From assembly GCF_009914755.1 (NCBI RefSeq), contig NC_060925.1: a stretch of DNA of 64,000 nt; one strand, written 5' to 3'. Under the pieces are notes generated by a model that ran no database searches, was not told where the DNA came from, and saw only the letters and a program-made list of their open reading frames with translations. This DNA is from the human T2T-CHM13v2.0 reference genome, Homo sapiens. Made by a program: the position numbers and the translations under genes. Positions 44,031-59,000 of this stretch are shown here, piece by piece (position 1 is the first letter of the stretch; every line of letters starts with the position of its first letter).

Positions 44031-47000
44031 TCGTAATCGAATGAATTGAATGCAATCATCGAATGGTCTCGAATGGAATCATCTTCAAATGAAATGGAAT
44101 GGAATCATTGCATAGAATCGAATGGAATTATCATCGAATGGAATCAAATGTTATCAACATCAAATGGAAAAAAACGGAATTATCGCATGGAATCGAAGAG
44201 AATCATCGAATGGACACGAATGGAATCATCTAATGGAATGGAATGGAATAATCCATGGACTCGAATGCAATCATCATCGAATGGAATCGAATGGAATCAT
44301 CGAATGGAGTCGAATGGAATAATCATTGAACGGAATCGAATGGAATCATCATCGGATGGAAATGAATGGAATCATCATCGAATGGAATCGAATAGAATTA
44401 TGGAATGAAATCCAGTGTGATCATCATCGAATGGACCCGAATAGAATCATCATCCAACGGAAGCTAATGGAATCAACATCGAATGAATCTAACAGAAACA
44501 CCATCGAATTGAAATAAAGGGAATTATCATGAAATTGGAATGGATGGACTCATCATCGAATGGATTCGAATGGAATCATAGAATAAAATTGATTGAAATC
44601 ATCATCAAATGGAATCGAATGGTATCATTGAATGGAATCGAATGAAATCGTCATCAGATGGAAATGAATGGAATCGTCATAGAATGGAATCGAATGGATT
44701 CATTGAATGGAATCAGATGGAATCATCGAATGGACTGGAATGGAATCATTGAATGGACTTGAAAGATATCATTATTGAATGGAATTGAATGGAATCATTG
44801 AATGGTCTCGATTGGAATCATTATAAAATGGAATCGAATGGAATCACCGAATAGAATCGAATGGAACAATCATCGAATGGACTCAAATGGAATTATCCTC
44901 AAATGGAATTGAATGGAATTATCGAATGCAATCGAATGGAATTATCGAATGCAATCGAATAGAATCATCGAATGGACTCGAATGGAATCATCGAATGGAA
45001 TGGAATGGAACAGTCAATGAACACGAATGGAATCATCATTGAATGGATTCAAATGGAATCATCGAGTGGAATCGAATGGAATTATGATCAAATGGAATCG
45101 AATGTAATCATCATCAAATGGAATCAAAAATAACCATCATCAATTGGTAGTGAATGGAATTGTCATCAAGTGGAATTCAAAGGAATCATCATCAAATGGA
45201 ACCGAATGGAATCCTCATTGAATGGAAATGAAAGGGGTCATCATCTAATGGAATCGCATGGAATCATCATCAAATGGAATCGAATGGAATTATCATTAAA
45301 TGGAATCTAATGGAATCATTGAACAGAATTGAATGGAATCGTCATCGAATGAATTGAATGCAATCATCGAATGGTCTCGAATGGAATCATCTTCTAATGG
45401 AAAGGAATGGAATCATCGCATAGAATCGAATGGAATTAACATTGATGGACTCGAATGGAATCAACATCAAACGGAATTAAGCGGAATTATCGAATGGAAT
45501 CGAAGAGAATCATCGAATGGACTCGAATGGAATCATCTAATGGAATGGAATGGAATAATCCCCGGACTCGAATGCAATCATCATCGTATAGAATCGAGTG
45601 GAATCATCGAATGGACTCGAATGGAATAATCATTGAATGGAATCGAATGGAATCATCATCGGATGGATACGAATGGATTCATCATCGAATGGAAATGAAA
45701 GGAGTCATCATCTAATGGAATTGCATGGAATCATCATAAAATGGAATTGAATGGAATCAACATCAAATGGAATCAAATGGAATCATTGAACGGAATTGAA
45801 TGGAATCGTCATCGAATGAATTGAATGCAATCATCGAATGGTCTCAAATGGAATCATCTTCAAATGGAATGGAATGGAATCATCGCATAGAATCGAATGG
45901 AATTATCATCGAACGGTATCAACATCAAACGGAAAAAAACGGAATTATCGAATGGAATCGAAGAGAATCATCGAATGGACCCGAATGGAATCATCTAATG
46001 GAATGGAATGGAATAATCCATGGACTCGAATGCAATCATCATCGAATGGAATCGAATGGAATCATCGAATGGACTCGAATGGAATAATCATTGAACGGAA
46101 TCGAATGGAATCATCATCGGATGGAAATGAATGGAATCATCATCGAATGGAATCGAATAGAATTATGGAATGAAATCCAGTGTGATCATCATCGAATGGA
46201 CCCGAATGGAATCATCATCCAACGGAAGCTAATGGAATCAACATCGAATGAATCGAATGGAAACACCATCGAATTGAAACGAATGGAATTATCATGAAAT
46301 TGAAATGGATGGAGTCATCATCGAATGGATTCGAATGGAATCATCGAATAAAATTGATTGAAATCATCAAATGGAATCGAATGGTATCATTGAATGGAAA
46401 CGAATGGAATCATCATCAGATGGAAATGAATGGAATCGTCATAGAATGGAATCGAATGGATTCATTGAATGGAATCAGATGGAATCATCGAATGGACTGG
46501 AATGGAATCATTGAATGGACTCGAAAGGGATCATTATTGAATGGAATTGAATGGAATCATCGAATGGTCTCGATTGGAATCATTACCAAATGGAATCGAA
46601 TGGAATCACCGAATAGAATCGAATGGAACAATCATCGAATGGACTCAAATGGAATTACCCTCAAATGGAATCGAATGGAATTATCGAATGCACTCGAATG
46701 GAATTATCGAATGCATTCGAATAGAATCATCGAATGGACTCGAATGGAATCATCGAATGGAATGGAATGGAACAGTCAATGAACTCGAATGGAATCATCA
46801 TTGAATGGAATCGAATGGAATCATCGAGTGGAATCGAATGGAATTATGATCAAATGGAATCGAATGTAATCATCAACAAATGGAATCAAAAATAACCATC
46901 ATCAATTGGTATTGAATGGAATTGTCATCAAATGGAATTCAAAGGAATCATCATCAAATGGAACCGAATGGAATCCTCATTGAATGGAAATGAAAGGAGT

Positions 47001-50000
47001 CATCATCTAATGGAATCGCATGGAATCATCATCAAATGGAATCGAATGGAATCATCATCAAATGGAATCTAATGGAATCATTGAACAGAATTGAATGGAA
47101 TCGTCATCGAATGAATTGAATGCAATCATCGAATGGTCTCGAATGGAATCATCTTCTAATGGAAAGGAATGGAGTCATCGCATAGAATCGAGTGGAATTA
47201 ACATTGAATGGACTCGAATGGAATCAACATCAAACGGAATCAAGCGGAATTATCGAATGGAATCGAAGAGAATCATCGAATGGACTCGAATGGAATCATC
47301 TAATGGAATGGAATGGAATAATCCACGGACTCGAATGCAATCATCATCGTATAGAATCGAATGGAATCATCGAATGGACTCGAATGCAATAATCATTGAA
47401 CGGAATCGAATGGAATCATCATCGGATGGAAACGAATGGAATAATCATCGAATGGAAATGAAAGGAGTCATCATCTAATGGAATTGCATGGAATCATCAT
47501 AAAATGGAATCGAATGGAATCAACATCAAATGGAATCAAATGGAATCATTGAACGGAATTTAATGGAATCGTCATCGAATGAATTGAATGTAATCATCGA
47601 ATGGTCTCGAATGGAATCATCTTCAAATGGAATGGAATGGAATCATCGCATAGAATCGAATGGAATTATCATCGAATGGAATCGAATGGTATCAACATCA
47701 AAAGGAAAAAAACGGAATTATCGAATGGAATTGAAGAGAATCATCGAACGGACCCTAATGGAATCATCTAATGGAATGGAATGGAATAATCCATGGACCC
47801 GAATGTAATCATCATCGAATGGAATCGAATGGAATCATCGAATGGACTCGAATGGAATAATCATTGAACGGAATCAAATGGAATCATCATCACATGGAAA
47901 CGAATGGAATCATCATGGAATGGAAATGAAAGGAGTCATCATCTAATGGAATTGCATGGAATCATCATCAAATGGAATCGAATGGAATCAACATCAAATA
48001 GAATCAAATGGAATCATTGAACGGAATTGAATGGAATCGTAATCGAATGAATTGACTGCAATCATCGAATGGTCTCGAATGGAATCATCTTCAAATGAAA
48101 TGGAATGGAATCATCGCATAGAATCGAATGGAATTATCATCGAATGGAATCAAATGTTATCAACATCAAATGGAAAAAAACGGAATTATCGCATGGAATC
48201 GAAGAGAATCATCGAATATACCCGAATGGAATCATCTAATGGAATGGAATGGAATAATCCATGGACTCGAATGCAATCATCATCGAATGGAATCGAATGG
48301 AATCATCGAATGGAGTCGAATGGAATAATCATTGAACGGAATCGAATGGAATCATCATCGGATGGAAATGAATGGAATCATCATCGAATGGAATCGAATA
48401 GAATTATGGAATGAAATCCAGTGTGATCATCATCGAATGGACCCGAATGGAATCATCATCCAACGGAAGCTAATGGAATCAACATCGAATGAATCTAACA
48501 GAAACACCATCGAATTGAAATGAATGGAATTATCATGAAATTGTAATGGATGGACTCATCATCGAATGGATTCGAATGGAATCATCGAATAAAATTGATT
48601 GAAATCATCATCAAATGGAATCAAATGGTATCATTGAATGGAATCGAATGAAATCGTCATCAGATGGAAATGAATGGAATCGTCATAGAATGGAATCGAA
48701 TGGATTCATTGAATGGAATCAGATGGAATCATCGAATGGACTGGAATGGAATCATTGAATTTACTTGAAAGATATCATTATTGAATGGAATTGAATGGAA
48801 TCATCGAATGGTCTCGATTGGAATCATTATCAAATAGAATCGAATGGAATCACCGAATAGAATCGAAGGGAACAATCATCGAATGGACTCAAATGGAATT
48901 ATCCTCAAATGGAATTCAATGGAATTATCGAATGCAATCCCATGGAATTATCGAATGCAATCGAATAGAATCATCGAATGGACTCGAATGGAATCATCGA
49001 ATGGAATGGAATGGAACAGTCAATGAACACGAATGGAATCATCATTGAATGGAATCAAATGGAATCATCGAGTGGAATCGAATGGAATTTTGATCAAATG
49101 GAATCGAATGTAATCATCATCAAATGGAATCAAAAATAACCATCATCAATTGGTATTGAATGGAATTGTCATCAAGTGGAATTCAAAGGAATCATCATCA
49201 AATGGAACCGAATGGAATCCTCATTGAATGGAAATGAAAGGGGTCATCATCTAATGGAATCGCATGGAATCATCATCAAATGGAATCGAATGGAATTATC
49301 ATCAAATGGAATCTAATGGAATCATTGAACAGAATTGAATGGAATCATCATCGAATGAATTGAATGCAATCATCGAATGGTCTCGAATGGAATCATCTTC
49401 TAATGGAAAGGAATGGAATCATCGCATAGAATCGAATGGAATTAACATTGAATGGACTCGAATGGAATCAACATCAAACGGAATCAAGCGGAATTATCGA
49501 ATGGAATCGAAGAGAATCATCGAATGGACTCGAATGGAATCATCTAATGGAATGGAATGGAATAATCCCCGGACTCGAATGCAATCATCATCGTATAGAA
49601 TCGAGTGGAATCATCGAATGGACTCGAATGGAATAATCATTGAATGGAATCGAATGGAATCATCATCGGATGGATACGAATGGAATCATCATCGAATGGA
49701 AGTGAAAGGAGTCATCATCTAATGGAATTGCATGGAATCATCATAAAATGGAATCGAATGGAATCAACATCAAATGGAATCAAATGGAATCATTGAACGG
49801 AATTGAATGGAATCGTCATCGAATGAATTGAATGCAATCATCGAATGGTCTCAAATGGAATCATCTTCAAATGGAATGGAATGGAATCATCGCATAGAAT
49901 CGAATGGAATTATCATGGAATGGAATCGAATGGTATCAACATCAAATGGAAAAAAACGGAATTATCGAATGGAATCGAAGAGAATCATCGAACGGACCCG

Positions 50001-53000
50001 AATGGAATCATCTAATGGAATGGAATGGAATAATCCATGGACTCGAATGCAATCATCATCGAATGGAATCGAATGGAATCATCGAATGGACTCGAATGGA
50101 ATAATCATTGAACGGAATCGAATGGAATCATCATCGGATAGAAATGAATGGAATCATCATCGAATGGAATCGAATAGAATTATGGAATGAAATCCAGTGT
50201 GATCATCATCGAATGGACCCGAATGGAATCATCATCCAACGGAAGCTAATGGAATCAACATCGAATGAATCGAATGGAAACACCATCGAATTGAAACGAA
50301 TGGAATTATCATGAAATTGAAATGGATGGACTCATCATCGAATGGATTCGAATGGAATCATCGAATAAAATTGATTGAAATCATCATCAAATGGAATCGA
50401 ATGGTATCATTGAATGGAATCGAATGGAATCATCATCAGATGGAAATGAATGGAATCGTCATAGAATGGAATCGAATGGATTCATTGAATGGAATCAGAT
50501 GGAATCATCGAATGGACTGGAATGGAATCATTGAATGGACTCGAAAGGGATCATTATTGAATGGAATTGAATGGAATCATCGAATGGTCTCGATTGGAAT
50601 CATTACCAAATGGAATCGAATGGAATCACCGAATAGAATCGAATGGAACAATCATCGAATGGACTCAAATGGAATTACCCTCTAATGGAATCGAATGGAA
50701 TTATCGAATGCACTCGAATGGAATTATCGAATGCATTCGAATAGAATCATCGAATGGACTCGAATGGAATCATCGAATGGAATGGAATGGAACAGTCAAT
50801 GAACTCCAATGGAATCATCATTGAATGGAATCGAATGGAATCATCGAGTGGAATCGAATGGAATTATGATCAAATGGAATCGAATGTAATCATCAACAAA
50901 TGGAATCAAAAATAACCATCATCAATTGGTATTGAATGGAATTGTCATCAAATGGAATTCAAAGGAATCATCATCAAATGGAACCGAATGGAATCCTCAT
51001 TGAATGGAAATGAAAGGGGTCATCATCTAATGGAATCGCATGGAATCATCATCAAATGGAATCGAATGGAATCATCATCAAATGGAATCTAATGGAATCA
51101 TTGAACAGAATTGAATGGAATCGTCATCGAATGAATTGAATGCAATCATCGAATGGTCTCGAATGGAATCATCTTCTAATGGAAAGGAATGGAATCATCG
51201 CATAGAATCGAATGGAATTAACATTGAATGGACTCGAATGGAATCAACATCAAACGGAATCAAGCGGAATTATCGAATGGAATCGAAGAGAATCATCAAA
51301 TGGACTCGAATGGAATCATCTAATGGAATGGAATGGAATAATCCACGGACTCGAATGCAATCATCATCGTATAGAATCGAATGGAATCATCGAATGGACT
51401 CGAATGGAATAATCATTGAACGGAATCGAATGGAATAATCATCGGATGGAAACGAATGGAATCATCATCGAATGGAAATGAAAGGAGTCATCATCTAATG
51501 GAATTGCATGGAATCATCATAAAATGGAATTGAATGGAATCAACATCAAATGGAATCAAATGGAATCATTGAATGGAATTGAATGAGATCGTCATCGAAT
51601 GAATTGAATGCAATCATCGAATGGTCTCGAATGGAATCATCTTCAAATGGAATGGAATGGAATCATCGCATAGAATCGAATGGAATTATCATCGAACGGT
51701 ATCAACATCAAACGGAAAAAAAACGGAATTATCGAATGGAATCGAAGAGAATCATCGAATGGACACGAATGGAATCATCTAATGGAATGGAATGGAATAA
51801 TCCATGGACTCGAATGCAATCATCATCGAATGGAATCGAATGGAATCATCGAATGGACTCGAATGGAATAATCATTGAACGGAATCGAATGGAATCATCA
51901 TCGGATGGAAATGAATGGAATCATCATCGAATGGAATCGAATAGAATTATGGAATGAAATCCAGTGTGATCATCATCGAATGGACCCGAATGGAATCATC
52001 ATCCAACGGAAGCTAATGGAATCAACATCGAATGAATCGAATGGAAACACCATCGAATTGAAACGAATGGAATTATCATGAAATTGAAATGGATGGAGTC
52101 ATCATCGAATGGATTCGAATGGAATCATCGAATAAAATTGATTGAAATCATCATCAAATGGAATCGAATGGTATCATTGCATGGAAACGAATGGAATCAT
52201 CATCAGATGGAAATGAATGGAATCGTCATAGAATGGAATCGAATGGATTCATTGAATGGAATCAGATGGAATCATCGAATGGACTGGAATGGAATCATTG
52301 AATGGACTCGAAAGGGATCATTATTGAATGGAATTGAATGGAATCATCGAATGGTCTCGATTGGAATCATTACCAAATGGAATCGAATGGAATCACCGAA
52401 TAGAATCGAATGGAACAATCATCGAATGGACTCAAATGGAATTACCCTCAAATGGAATCGAATGGAATTATCGAATGCACTCGAATGGAATTATCGAATG
52501 CATTCGAATAGAATCATCGAATGGACTCGAATGGAATCATCGAATGGAATGGAATGGAACAGTCAATGAACTCGAATGGAATCATCATTGAATGGAATCG
52601 AATGGAATCATCGAGTGGAATCGAATGGAATTATGATCAAATGGAATCGAATGTAATCATCAACAAATGGAATCAAAAATAACCATCATCAATTGGTATT
52701 GAATGGAATTGTCATCAAATGGAATTCAAAGGAATCATCATCAAATGGAACCGAATGGAATCCTCATTGAATGGAAATGAAAGGAGTCATCATCTAATGG
52801 AATCGCATGGAATCATCATCAAATGGAATCGAATGGAATCATCATCAAATGGAATCTAATGGAATCATTGAACAGAATTGAATGGAATCGTCATCGAATG
52901 AATTGAATGCAATCATCGAATGGTCTCGAATGGAATCATCTTCTAATGGAAAGGAATGGAGTCATCGCATAGAATCGAGTGGAATTAACATTGAATGGAC

Positions 53001-56000
53001 TCGAATGGAATCAACATCAAACGGAATCAAGCGGAATTATCGAATGGAATCGAAGAGAATCATCGAATGGACTCGAATGGAATCATCTAATGGAATGGAA
53101 TGGAATAATCCACGGACTCGAATGCAATCATCATCGTATAGAATCGAATGGAATCATCGAATGGACTATAATGCAATAATCATTGAACGGAATCGAATGG
53201 AATAATCATCGGATGGAAACGAATGGAATAATCATCGAATGGAAATGAAAGTAGTCATCATCTAATGGAATTGCATGGAATCATCATAAAATGGAATCGA
53301 ATGGAATCAACATCAAATGGAATCAAATGGAATCATTGAACGGAATTTAATGGAATCGTCATCGAATGAATTGAATGTAATCATCGAATGGTCTCGAATG
53401 GAATCATCTTCAAATGGAATGGAATGGAATCATCGCATAGAATCGAATGGAATTATCATCGAATGGAATCGAATGGTATCAACATCAAAAGGAAAAAAAC
53501 GGAATTATCGAATGGAATTGAAGAGAATCATCGAACGGACCCGAATGGAATCATCTAATGGAATGGAATGGAATAATCCATGGACCCGAATGTAATCGTC
53601 ATCGAATGGAATCGAATGGAATCATCGAATGGACTCGAATGGAATAATCATTGAACGGAATTGAATGGAATCATCATCGGATGGAAATGAATGGAATCAT
53701 CATCGAATGGAATCGAATAGAATTATGGAATGAAATCCAGTGTGATCATCATCGAATGGACCCGAATGGAATCATCATCCAACGGAAGCTAATGGAATCA
53801 ACATCGAATGAATCTAACAGAAACACCATCGAATTGAAATGAATGGAATTATCATGAAATTGTAATGGATGGACTCATCATCGAATGGATTCGAATGGAA
53901 TCATCGAATAAAATTGATTGAAATCATCATCAAATGGAATCAAATGGTATCATTGAATGGAATCGAATGAAATCGTCATCAGATGGAAATGAATGGAATC
54001 GTCATAGAATGGAATCGAATGGATTCATTGAATGGAATCAGATGGAATCATCGAATGGACTGGAATGGAATCATTGAATGGACTTGAAAGATATCATTAT
54101 TGAATGGAATTGAATGGAATCATCGAATGGTCTCGATTGGAATCATTATCAAATGGAATCGAATGGAATCACCGAATAGAATCGAATGGAACAATCATCG
54201 AATGGACTCAAATGGAATTATCCTCAAATGGAATTGAATGGAATTATCGAATGCAATCGAATGGAATTATCGAATGCAATCGAATAGAATCATCGAATGG
54301 ACTCGAATGGAATCATCGAATGGAATGGAATGGAACAGTCAATGAACACGAATGGAATCATCATTGAATGGAATCAAATGGAATCATCGAGTGGAATCGA
54401 ATGGAATTTTGATCAAATGGAATCGAATGTAATCATCATCAAATGGAATCAAAAATAACCATCATCAATTGGTATTGAATGGAATTGTCATCAAGTGGAA
54501 TTCAAAGGAATCATCATCAAATGGAACCGAATGGAATCCTCATTGAATGGAAATGAAAGGGGTCATCATCTAATGGAATCGCATGGAATCATCATCAAAT
54601 GGAATCGAATGGAATTATCATCAAATGGAATCTAATGGAATCATTGAACAGAATTGAATGGAATCATCATCGAATGAATTGAATGCAATCATCGAATGGT
54701 CTCGAATGGAATCATCTTCTAATGGAAAGGAATGGAATCATCGCATAGAATCGAATGGAATTAACATTGAATGGACTCGAATGGAATCAACATCAAACGG
54801 AATCAAGCGGAATTATCGAATGGAATCGAAGAGAATCATCGAATGGACTCGAATGGAATCATCTAATGGAATGGAATGGAATAATCCCCGGACTCGAATG
54901 CAATCATCATCGTATAGAATCGAGTGGAATCATCGAATGGACTCGAATGGAATAATCATTGAATGGAATCGAATGGAATCATCATCGGATGGATACGAAT
55001 GGAATCATCATCGAATGGAAATGAAAGGAGTCATCATCTAATGGAATTGCATGGAATCATCATAAAATGGAATCGAATGGAATCAACATCAAATGGAATC
55101 AAATGGAATCATTGAACGGAATTGAATGGAATCGTCATCGAATGAATTGAATGCAATCATCGAATGGTCTCGAATGGAATCATCTTCTAATGGAAAGGAA
55201 TGGAGTCATCGCATAGAATCGAATGGAATTATCATCGAATGGAATCGAATGGTATCAACATCAAAAGGAAAAAAACGGAATTATCGAATGGAATTGAAGA
55301 GAATCATCGAACGGACCCGAATGGAATCATCTAATGGAATGGAATGGAATAATCCATGGACCCGAATGTAATCATCATCGAATGGAATCGAATGGAATCA
55401 TCGAATGGACTCGAATGGAATAATCATTGAACGGAATCGAATGGAATCATCATCACATGGAAACGAATGGAATCATCATGGAATGGAAATGAAAGGAGTC
55501 ATCATCTAATGGAATTGCATGGAATCATCATCAAATGGAATCGAATGGAATCAACATCAAATAGAATCAAATGGAATCATTGAACGGAATTGAATGGAAT
55601 CGTAATCGAATGAATTGAATGCAATCATCGAATGGTCTCGAATGGAATCATCTTCAAATGAAATGGAATGGAATCATCGCATAGAATCGAATGGAATTAT
55701 CATCGAATGGAATCAAATGTTATCAACATCAAATGGAAAAAAACGGAATTATCGCATGGAATCGAAGAGAATCATCGAATGTACCCGAATGGAATCATCT
55801 AATGGAATGGAATGGAATAATCCATGGACTCGAATGCAATCATCATCGAATGGAATCGAATGGAATCATTGAATGGAGTCGAATGGAATAATCATTGAAA
55901 GGAATCGAATGGAATCATCATCGGATGGAAATGAATGGAATCATCATCGAATGGAATCGAATAGAATTATGGAATGAAATCCAGTGTGATCATCATCGAA

Positions 56001-59000
56001 TGGACCCGAATGGAATCATCATCCAACGGAAGCTAATGGAATCAACATCGAATGAATCTAACAGAAACACCATCGAATTGAAATGAATGGAATTATCATG
56101 AAATTGTAATGGATGGACTCATCATCGAATGGATTCGAATGGAATCATCGAATAAAATTGATTGAAATCATCATCAAATGGAATCAAATGGTATCATTGA
56201 ATGGAATCGAATGAAATCGTCATCAGATGGAAATGAATGGAATCGTCATAGAATGGAATCGAATGGATTCATTGAATGGAATCAGATGGAATCATCGAAT
56301 GGACTGGAATGGAATCATTGAATGGACTTGAAAGATATCATTATTGAATGGAATTGAATGGAATCATCGAATGGTCTCGATTGGAATCATTATCAAATGG
56401 AATCGAATGGAATCACCGAATAGAATCGAATGGAACAATCATCGAATGGACTCAAATGGAATTATCCTCAAATGGAATTGAATGGAATTATCGAATGCAA
56501 TCCCATGGAATTATCGAATGCAATCGAATAGAATCATCGAATGGACTCGAATGGAATCATCGAATGGAATGGAATGGAACAGTCAATGAACACGAATGGA
56601 ATCATCATTGAATGGAATCCAATGGAATCATCGAGTGGAATCGAATGGAATTTTGATCAAATGGAATCGAATGTAATCATCATCAAATGGAATCAAAAAT
56701 AACCATCATCAATTGGTATTGAATGGAATTGTCATCAAGTGGAATTCAAAGGAATCATCATCAAATGGAACCGTATGGAATCCTCATTGAATGGAAATGA
56801 AAGGGGTCATCATCTAATGGAATCGCATGGAATCATCATCAAATGGAATCGAATGGAATTATCATCAAATGGAATCTAATGGAATCATTGAACAGAATTG
56901 AATGGAATCATCATCGAATGAATTGAATGCAATCATCGAATGGTCTCGAATGGAATCATCTTCTAATGGAAAGGAATGGAATCATCGCATAGAATCGAAT
57001 GGAATTAACATTGAATGGACTCGAATGGAATCAACATCAAACGGAATCAAGCGGAATTATCGAATGGAATCGAAGAGAATCATCGAATGGACTCGAATGG
57101 AATCATCTAATGGAATGGAATGGAATAATCCCCGGACTCGAATGCAATCATCATCGTATAGAATCGAGTGGAATCATCGAATGGACTCGAATGGAAGAAT
57201 CATTGAATGGAATCGAATGGAATCATCATCGGATGGATACGAATGGAATCATCATCGAATGGAAATGAAAGGAGTCATCATCTAATGGAATTGCATGGAA
57301 TCATCATAAAATGGAATCGAATGGAATCAACATCAAATGGAATCAAATGGAATCATTGAACGGAATTGAATGGAATCGTCATCGAATGAATTGAATGCAA
57401 TCATCGAATGGTCTCAAATGGAATCATCTTCAAATGGAATGGAATGGAATCATCGCATAGAATCGAATGGAATTATCATGGAATGGAATCGAATGGTATC
57501 AACATCAAATGGAAAAAAACGGAATTATCGAATGGAATCGAAGAGAATCATCGAACGGACCCGAATGGAATCATCTAATGGAATGGAATGGAATAATCCA
57601 TGGACTCGAATGCAATCATCATCGAATGGAATCGAATGGAATCATCGAATGGACTCGAATGGAATAATCATTGAACGGAATCGAATGGAATCATCATCGG
57701 ATGGAAATGAATGGAATCATCATCGAATGGAATCGAATAGAATTATGGAATGAAATCCAGTGTGATCATCATCGAATGGACCCGAATGGAATCATCATCC
57801 AACGGAAGCTAATGGAATCAACATCGAATGAATCGAATGGAAACACCATCGAATTGAAACGAATGGAATTATCATGAAATTGAAATGGATGGACTCATCA
57901 TCGAATGGATTCGAATGGAATCATCGAATAAAATTGATTGAAATCATCATCAAATGGAATCGAATGGTATCATTGAATGGAATCGAATGGAATCATCATC
58001 AGATGGAAATGAATGGAATCGTCATAGAATGGAATCGAATGGATTCATTGAATGGAATCAGATGGAATCATCGAATGGACTGGAATGGAATCATTGAATG
58101 GACTCGAAAGGGATCATTATTGAATGGAATTGAATGGAATCATCGAATGGTCTCGATTGGAATCATTACCAAATGGAATCGAATGGAATCACCGAATAGA
58201 ATCGAATGGAACAATCATCGAATGGACTCAAATGGAATTATCCTCAAATGGAATCGAATGGAAGTATCGAATGCACTCGAATGGAATTATCGAATGCATT
58301 CGAATAGAATCATCGAATGGACTCGAATGGAATCATCGAATGGAATGGAATGGAACAGTCAATGAACTCGAATGGAATCATCATTGAATGGAATCGAATG
58401 GAATCATCGAGTGGAATCGAATGGAATTATGATCAAATGGAATCGAATGTAATCATCAACAAATGGAATCAAAAATAACCATCATCAATTGGTATTGAAT
58501 GGAATTGTCATCAAATGGAATTCAAAGGAATCATCATCAAATGGAACTGAATGGAATCCTCATTGAATGGAAATGAAAGGAGTCATCATCTAATGGAATC
58601 GCATGGAATCATCATCAAATGGAATCGAATGGAATCATCATCAAATGGAATCTAATGGAATCATTGAACAGAATTGAATGGAATCGTCATCGAATGAATT
58701 GAATGCAATCATCGAATGGTCTCGAATGGAATCATCTTCTAATGGAAAGGAATGGAGTCATCGCATAGAATCGAGTGGAATTAACATTGAATGGACTCGA
58801 ATGGAATCAACATCAAACGGAATCAAGCGGAATTATCGAATGGAATCGAAGAGAATCATCGAATGGACTCGAATGGAATCATCTAATGGAATGGAATGGA
58901 ATAATCCACGGACTCGAATGCAATCATCATCGTATAGAATCGAATGGAATCATCGACTGGACTCGAATGCAATAATCATTGAACGGAATCGAATGGAATA

